From positions 192,001-256,000 of the forward strand of contig CAVQUB010000021.1 of assembly GCA_963716725.1 (NCBI GenBank): 64,000 nt of DNA. Direction: 5' to 3'. How positions within the stretch are numbered: the stretch's first letter is position 1; every line of letters begins with the position of its first letter. A model generated the notes under the pieces. That model had not been told where the DNA came from. It made no database searches and was given only the letters and a program-made list of their open reading frames with translations. Both the position numbers and the translations under genes were made by a program. Source of the DNA: an uncultured delta proteobacterium. GTDB lineage: Bacteria; Myxococcota_A; Polyangia; Polyangiales; Polyangiaceae. Positions 58,720 to 64,000 of this stretch are shown piece by piece.

Positions 58720-59859
58720 GTGCCGCGGTTCCTGCTCGTCGCGCTGACCAGCGTCGTCCCGCTGGCGATCGCGTTCTTGGTTTGGCGGCTCGTCAGTCGA
58801 CAAGGCCAGGTTTCTCGGGGCCGCACGGCGCTGGTCGTCGGCCTCGCGCTGTTGGCTGGGCTCGGCGCAGGTTGGCTCGAGCGCGTCGTGCTCACCTTCG
58901 CCGATCTCTCTTTCGACGCCGCTCGCGCGGGCACGACCGGCGCGCTGCTCGCGACCTTCCTCCTGGCGGCTCCCCTCGAAGAGGGGCTGAAGGTCTTGGT
59001 GGTGTGGCCGCTCTACAGCACGCGCGCTCTGGTGTCTCCGCGCCTCGGCCTCGTCTACGCGGCCTGCGCTGGCGCAGGATTCGCGGCGGGTGAGGGCATC
59101 AGCATTGCTAGCTCCGAACCGCCCTCGACGCTGTTGGCGGCGCGGCTCTTGCTCGGGATGCTGGCGCACCCCTTCTTGGCGGCAATGTGGGGCTACGCCC
59201 TCGGCACCCAGCGCGCCGCGCGTGGTCGCTGGTTCGTGATCGCTTGGTTTTCGTCCGTGGCCCTGCACGGCCTGTACGACCACATCGTGTTTGGTCGCGG
59301 GCCGGGCGTCTTGGTGCTGGCCGTACCCATGTTCTTGACGATGGCGGCGGCCAGCTGGGCCGCGCTGCGCGACGTCGCGCCAGCCCCTGACTCGCGCGCC
59401 TCGCGGCTGCTCTCGAGCAGTCCGGAGCCGCCGTCGCTCCGAAGCATGCGCCACGCACTCGCACGGCCGGAGCGTCCGCTGATGCTGCACTGGATCGCGA
59501 TCGGCGCCCTGGTCACCCTCGGGGTCGTCCTGGTCGCGCTCGCGGGAGCGGTGTACGTTGGTCACGCAATTGGGGTCGACTTCGCGCTGGCTGACGAGAG
59601 CGACGTGCGCTCGAGCGGGCCTCTGGTGCTGCTCGGCGCAGGCGTGCTCGCGGGGTTTCCCGTCGCCGGTTACTTGGTCGCGCGCGCGAGCTCCGCTCAC
59701 AGCGTGCTCGAGCCGGCCATGGGAGCGGGCGTCGCCATCATCGCTGCGGTCCTGCTCGCTTCCCTCGCCGCGCCGGTGACAGCGGTGTTCGGCTTGGCGG
59801 CGGCCCCGCTGGCGTTTGCGCTTGCGTGCGGCGGCGCCTGGTTCGGGCTCGTGCGCTGA
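58720..59859 (+). CDS. PrsW-family intramembrane protease with C-terminal TM extension
   Basis: PLEEGLK, GAGFAAGE, AHP, HGLYD. Confidence 0.85.
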   Translation: MPRFLLVALTSVVPLAIAFLVWRLVSRQGQVSRGRTALVVGLALLAGLGAGWLERVVLTFADLSFDAARAGTTGALLATFLLAAPLEEGLKVLVVWPLYSTRALVSPRLGLVYAACAGAGFAAGEGISIASSEPPSTLLAARLLLGMLAHPFLAAMWGYALGTQRAARGRWFVIAWFSSVALHGLYDHIVFGRGPGVLVLAVPMFLTMAAASWAALRDVAPAPDSRASRLLSSSPEPPSLRSMRHALARPERPLMLHWIAIGALVTLGVVLVALAGAVYVGHAIGVDFALADESDVRSSGPLVLLGAGVLAGFPVAGYLVARASSAHSVLEPAMGAGVAIIAAVLLASLAAPVTAVFGLAAAPLAFALACGGAWFGLVR

Positions 59860-59865
59860 GCCCCT

Positions 59866-59966
59866 TGGCACACGCCCGATCTGGCACAACATGCGCTCGG
59901 CCTGCCCCGGCGCGCAGCCGACGGTCGGCGAGAATCGCGACCTTTGTGCGTGGCACGAGCCCTGCA
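59866..59966 (+). promoter_or_regulatory. Enhancer (TGGCACA-N9-TGGCACA) plus sigma54 promoter
   Basis: Repeats at 59866-59872 and 59882-59888; TGGCACGAGCCCTGCA at 59951-59966. Confidence 0.7.
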
Positions 59967-59979
59967 CTCGAGTTCGGCC

Positions 59980-60837
59980 ATGCGTTTTGCCATTGGCTTG
60001 TTGGTGATCTCGGGTCTGGCTCTCGTCGGTTGCGGCGGCTCCACCATGCTGGACGGCAAGGGCGGGGCCGATGCCGGCGCCGGCGCCGGCGGAACCTCCG
60101 GCGGTGGCACGGGCGGAGGCGCGTCGGGATCCGGTGGCGTGGCGGGCGCCGGTGGCGGCAGCTCGGGCGCCGCGGGCGGAGGCGGGGCCGCCGGCAGTCC
60201 CGGCTGTTGCAGTGCAAACGCCAAGTACGACTGCGAAACCTACGGCGACTCGAAGCAGTGCGTGAACGGCGTCTGCAAAGAGCCGCCGCCGCCGGGACTC
60301 TGCTGGTCGGATCAAGACTGCGGCGGACTGGGATCCGTCTGCAAGGGAGGGTTCGTGTGCCCCTGCGACGCCGACTGCTCGGGTCCCGATCAGCTGGGAC
60401 AGTGCACTGTGCAGCCGGGGTGCTGCGCGAAGGACGCGGACTGCACGCAGAAGCCCAACGTGCCGATGATGTGCGTGGGGGGAAACTGCGAGATGAAGCC
60501 CCCCGCGGGGCAGTGCTGGAGCAGCAAGGACTGCAGCAACGGGACGACATGCAGCGGCGAATGTGTCTGCCCCTGCGGCGCGATGTGCGCGTGCGGCGGG
60601 CAGATGGGGTGGTGCAAGGGCTCCCCGCCGCCACCGCCCCCACCCACGGCGTGCTGCAAGTCACAGCTCGACTGCGGGGCCGGATCCGTGTGCGCGATGG
60701 GCGTGTGCAAGCAGTCCGTCGCAGGCGCCTGCTGGGCCGACGTCGAGTGTGCCCAAGGCAAAAAGTGCAACGGAGCGTCGATCTGCCCATGCGGTGCCCT
60801 GTGCGGCATGGCCGAATACCCGGGCAAGTGCCTTTGA
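59980..60837 (+). CDS. Cys-rich repeat lipoprotein
   Basis: Lipobox LVGC; three CW.D.DC...C.G..VCPC...C....G.C units. Confidence 0.8.
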   Translation: MRFAIGLLVISGLALVGCGGSTMLDGKGGADAGAGAGGTSGGGTGGGASGSGGVAGAGGGSSGAAGGGGAAGSPGCCSANAKYDCETYGDSKQCVNGVCKEPPPPGLCWSDQDCGGLGSVCKGGFVCPCDADCSGPDQLGQCTVQPGCCAKDADCTQKPNVPMMCVGGNCEMKPPAGQCWSSKDCSNGTTCSGECVCPCGAMCACGGQMGWCKGSPPPPPPPTACCKSQLDCGAGSVCAMGVCKQSVAGACWADVECAQGKKCNGASICPCGALCGMAEYPGKCL

Positions 60838-60876
60838 CCGCGGCGCGACCTGACACGCCGCGGGCGTCGCGTCCGC

Positions 60877-60959
60877 TGGCACATCCGGGATCTGGCACAA
60901 GGCCGAGCCCCGCTGATTTCCAGACGTTGGGGCTGGCCCGGGGCGGCACGGAACCTGCT
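60877..60959 (+). promoter_or_regulatory. Enhancer (TGGCACA-N9-TGGCACA) plus sigma54 promoter
   Basis: Repeats at 60877-60883 and 60893-60899; CGGCACGGAACCTGCT at 60944-60959. Confidence 0.7.
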
Positions 60960-60974
60960 CTGACCCCGCTCATC

Positions 60975-61706
60975 ATGCACAAGGCCGTCCTGTCCGCCGC
61001 GCTGATCTTGATCGCCTCGCCGGCATTCGCCCAGTCGTCCGCGTCGTTCCCGGACCTCTCTCGGGGGGGCAGCCCATCCCCCACTGCACAGTCGCCGGCG
61101 GCGCAACCGTCGGAGCAAGCACCGCGCTTCGATACCAGCCCACGGGAGCCAGCCTTCGCTGCGCCGTCGCAACAAGGCGGCGGAGGCCCTGCCTACGCGC
61201 CCGCCTTCGGGACCAGCCCCTCCCCGGCGTTTGCCCCCACCTTCGCCCCGGGCGCCCCGGGCACCCCGGGCGCACCCATGCGTGACCTGCCCAGCGACGG
61301 AAGCTCGACCGCGTCTTCGCCAATGGTGTTGGTGGGCGCGTTGATGATCGGGTTGCCCTACGCGACCGGCCTTGGGATCGGCGCATCCGAGGGCTTCGAG
61401 AACGGAAGTGGATGGCTCGCCGCGCCGGTGGTGGGCCCCTGGCTCGCGCTGTCGGGGCGCCGAGATCCCTGCGCCGACGCGGAAGACAAGAAGGGCTTCG
61501 ACAGCGAGGTCGGCAAATGTGTGGGCGAGCCGCTAGTGCGCGGGATGCTCGTGCTCGATGGCGTGCTTCAAGCGGGGGGCGCGGTACTCATGCTCGTCGG
61601 CGCCTCCTCCGGGCGGCCCAGCCCAACCGGGCCGACCCGAGTGATGGCGGCCCCCGCAGCGGTGGGCCGAAAGGGATACGGCGTGGCGGTGGCCGGGCTG
61701 TTCTGA
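60975..61706 (+). CDS. Secreted/outer-membrane Pro-rich protein
   Basis: Signal peptide, WLAAPVVGPW, LVLDGVLQAGG, terminal beta strand ending GLF. Confidence 0.75.
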   Translation: MHKAVLSAALILIASPAFAQSSASFPDLSRGGSPSPTAQSPAAQPSEQAPRFDTSPREPAFAAPSQQGGGGPAYAPAFGTSPSPAFAPTFAPGAPGTPGAPMRDLPSDGSSTASSPMVLVGALMIGLPYATGLGIGASEGFENGSGWLAAPVVGPWLALSGRRDPCADAEDKKGFDSEVGKCVGEPLVRGMLVLDGVLQAGGAVLMLVGASSGRPSPTGPTRVMAAPAAVGRKGYGVAVAGLF

Positions 61707-61726
61707 ACGCTGTCGCCCGGTGAAGG

Positions 61727-63913
61727 TCAGGCCAAGACGCTCTCCCGTCCCGAGTCGACGGTGAACATGCAGCTCGAGCGCGTCTCTTCCACCATGCGCT
61801 TGACGAACTCCATGTCGTAGTCCTTCGGCATGCCCATGATGTCCATGTCGCTCTGCGGCGCCAGTGCCAGACACTCTTCGAAGCGGCCGACGAAGACCAG
61901 GCTCTTGGCGCGACCTGGAATGCGAGCCAGGTCCCGCAGCTCTTCGAGGTAAAGGTCGGCAGCCGCGTGCTCTTCTTCCGTCTCCACGACGCAGATCAGA
62001 TTCAGCTCTGCCTCCCAACCCCGCGCCAGGCGATATCCGAGCAACATGCCCAGGTTCATGTTCCCGCGGCTGAGCGTCTGCTCGATCGACTCGCCCTCGA
62101 GGGGTGGACGCAGCCAGACATTCACGACGTCCGTGCGACCCAGCCCGGCCTTGGCGTGCAGGCCGAGCAAGGTCACTCCGACATCGAGTCGCGCGGCCTC
62201 TTTGACCAAATTCGTCAGCTCCGCGTGTCGCTCGGTGTTCTCCGGCAGGCTGAGCAGGAGCACGTTCGGGCGGAAGAACGCGCTCTTCAGCGCCTGGAGC
62301 CCCGCGATCGTGCCCGTGACGTAGCCGCCCGAGTCGATCACGCTCCAGGTCGAAAACACGGCGCGCTTCCGCAGGCTCAACCCGAGGTTCTCGATCCGCG
62401 GAGTCAGGTCGCGCACGGTCTCCTGGTCGGCGATCCCGAGCAGCTTCACGCTCCCGCTGGGCTGACACATGTCCACCACGAGCTGGAACTCGCCTCGCAA
62501 CTCCGAACCGTCCACCACGGGCACCAAGAAGCTCGGCTTCCAGGCGCGGCTCGTGTTGATGCCAAGCTCGGTGCACTTGCTCGCCGCCCACTCGGCGAAG
62601 GCCACGAAGATGCCGCTGCGGACGTCGTCACCACGGCGAGCCAGACCGCGCTGCATGATCCAGAAGTACAGGGCGATGACCAAGCCCCACGCCACCAGAC
62701 TGAAGGTCGGGTTGACGATGAACATCGCGAACAGGCACCCCACCGTACCGAGCAGCGGCACCCAGATGGGCAGCCGCAGCGTGGGCCTGAAGCTCACCAG
62801 ACCTAGGCTGGACTCCACCATCATGACCACGTTGATGACCGCGTAGGTGATCAGGAAGAACCCCGAGATCAGCGGCGCGATGGCGTTGAGGTTTCTCAGC
62901 ATCAGAGCCCCGAGAACGAGGACTCCGGTCAAGAGCATCGCGTTGCGCGGCTCTCCACCGGGGGAAACCTTGGCAAAGGCTGCACCCCTCGGCACCAGTC
63001 CGTCCTGAGCCAGCGCCAACAAGATGCGAGGCGCGCCCACCAACGACGCGAGCGCCGACGAGAACGTGGCGCCCAGGAGCCCCGCGAGCACCAGCGGTCC
63101 GTATAGAGACTTGTCGACCAGCAACGTGTAGTTGCCGACCAGCTCGTCCTCGCTGCCCGCCTTGGAGGACCAGATCACCAGCGCGAAATACACGACGGTG
63201 CTGATGGCAATGGCCGCCAGCGTGCCCTGCGGGATGCTCTTGCGCGGGTTCTGCAGCTCGCCGCTCATGTTCGCGCCCGCCATGATGCCGGTGGCGGCCG
63301 GGAAGAAGACCGCAAACACCGCCCAAAAGTTGGTGCCCGAGTAGCCGTTCTCCGGCGAGCCGCGGAAGGTCCCCCACAACTTCACCGAGGTGGGGCTCGT
63401 CCACACCTCGAAGTTGCCGAAGACGACCACCAGCGAGGCGACGATGATCACCAAGACCACGTACTGGATCCGGAACGCGAGACCGGCGCTCACGAAGGCG
63501 ATCACGAACACCACGGCGAAGGCGCCGAGGTCCACGAGCAAGGGATGGTGATGGGGGAAGATCCAGTTCCACCCCTCACGAAACCCAAAGATGTACATCG
63601 CCACGGCCAGCGCCTGCGACAGGTACAGCGGGACCCCAACGCTGCCGCCGATCTCGAGTCCGAGGGACTTCGAGATGATGGCGTAGGGACCACCGGCGCC
63701 CAGTCGCGTGTTCGTGGCGATGGACGAAAGAGACAGACCGGTAGCCAGGGTGATGCCCACGGCGAGCGCAATCACCAGCGAGCCCCCGAGCAGACCTGCG
63801 TTGCCCACGACCCACGGCAAACGCAGGTACATGATCACGCCGAGGATCGTCAGCAGCGTGGGGGCGAACACTCCGCCGAGCGTGCCGAACTGGCGGGGTT
63901 TGGGCTGGCTCAC
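61727..63913 (-). CDS. Prokaryotic cation-chloride cotransporter (CCC/SLC12-like, APC superfamily)
   Basis: FGTLGGVF, LTILGVIMYLR, SLSSIATN, GGPYAIISKSLG.E.GGSVG, FAVFFPAATGIMAGANMSGEL; cytosolic WKP and RPN domain. Confidence 0.9.
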   Translation of the reverse strand: MSQPKPRQFGTLGGVFAPTLLTILGVIMYLRLPWVVGNAGLLGGSLVIALAVGITLATGLSLSSIATNTRLGAGGPYAIISKSLGLEIGGSVGVPLYLSQALAVAMYIFGFREGWNWIFPHHHPLLVDLGAFAVVFVIAFVSAGLAFRIQYVVLVIIVASLVVVFGNFEVWTSPTSVKLWGTFRGSPENGYSGTNFWAVFAVFFPAATGIMAGANMSGELQNPRKSIPQGTLAAIAISTVVYFALVIWSSKAGSEDELVGNYTLLVDKSLYGPLVLAGLLGATFSSALASLVGAPRILLALAQDGLVPRGAAFAKVSPGGEPRNAMLLTGVLVLGALMLRNLNAIAPLISGFFLITYAVINVVMMVESSLGLVSFRPTLRLPIWVPLLGTVGCLFAMFIVNPTFSLVAWGLVIALYFWIMQRGLARRGDDVRSGIFVAFAEWAASKCTELGINTSRAWKPSFLVPVVDGSELRGEFQLVVDMCQPSGSVKLLGIADQETVRDLTPRIENLGLSLRKRAVFSTWSVIDSGGYVTGTIAGLQALKSAFFRPNVLLLSLPENTERHAELTNLVKEAARLDVGVTLLGLHAKAGLGRTDVVNVWLRPPLEGESIEQTLSRGNMNLGMLLGYRLARGWEAELNLICVVETEEEHAAADLYLEELRDLARIPGRAKSLVFVGRFEECLALAPQSDMDIMGMPKDYDMEFVKRMVEETRSSCMFTVDSGRESVLA

Positions 63914-64000
63914 CGCGCAAGAGCCTTCCACACCCGCCGTTCCGGGGAAACGCCCGCCCGAAAGCAAATCACCTCCTGGCGGCAGCGCCGGCTGCCGCCC

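Noticed and set aside
1..64000. tRNA, rRNA, riboswitch, prophage, transposase or recognised defence genes
   Set aside because: No recognisable signatures by eye. An Infernal/tRNAscan run would be needed to exclude small RNAs in the short intergenic gaps.

Overview
High-GC chromosomal window that looks myxobacterial (Myxococcota, Polyangiaceae-like; inferred from Gly/Cys-rich lipoproteins, a MYXO-CTERM tail, MXAN_6577-like repeats and a Ser/Thr kinase). It holds about 50 tightly packed genes. Housekeeping and metabolic genes include lnt, an RlmI-like methyltransferase, YqeY, ferredoxin reductase, a CoA-activase fusion, a P-type ATPase, phoD, hutG, hutF, rlpA, EF-G2, an AmgK-like kinase, rsmG, a 5'-3' exonuclease, PrsW and a cation-chloride cotransporter. 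These are interspersed with many secreted or surface lipoproteins. No tRNA, rRNA, CRISPR array or transposase was recognised. Several genes are split by single-base indels, most likely assembly errors. Best leads: (1) a translationally coupled operon of a 1039-aa coiled-coil/multi-TM/P-loop ATPase/winged-helix protein with two MscS channels and an FKBP; (2) two GKAD-motif lipoproteins with apparent cryptic cysteine-peptidase sites (caspase-like His-Cys plus PPC; papain-like Cys-His plus somatomedin B); (3) an identical TGGCACA-N9-TGGCACA enhancer plus sigma54 promoter in front of two adjacent unrelated genes; (4) several head-to-tail gene deletion scars. All family calls come from motif recognition only; no database search was run.
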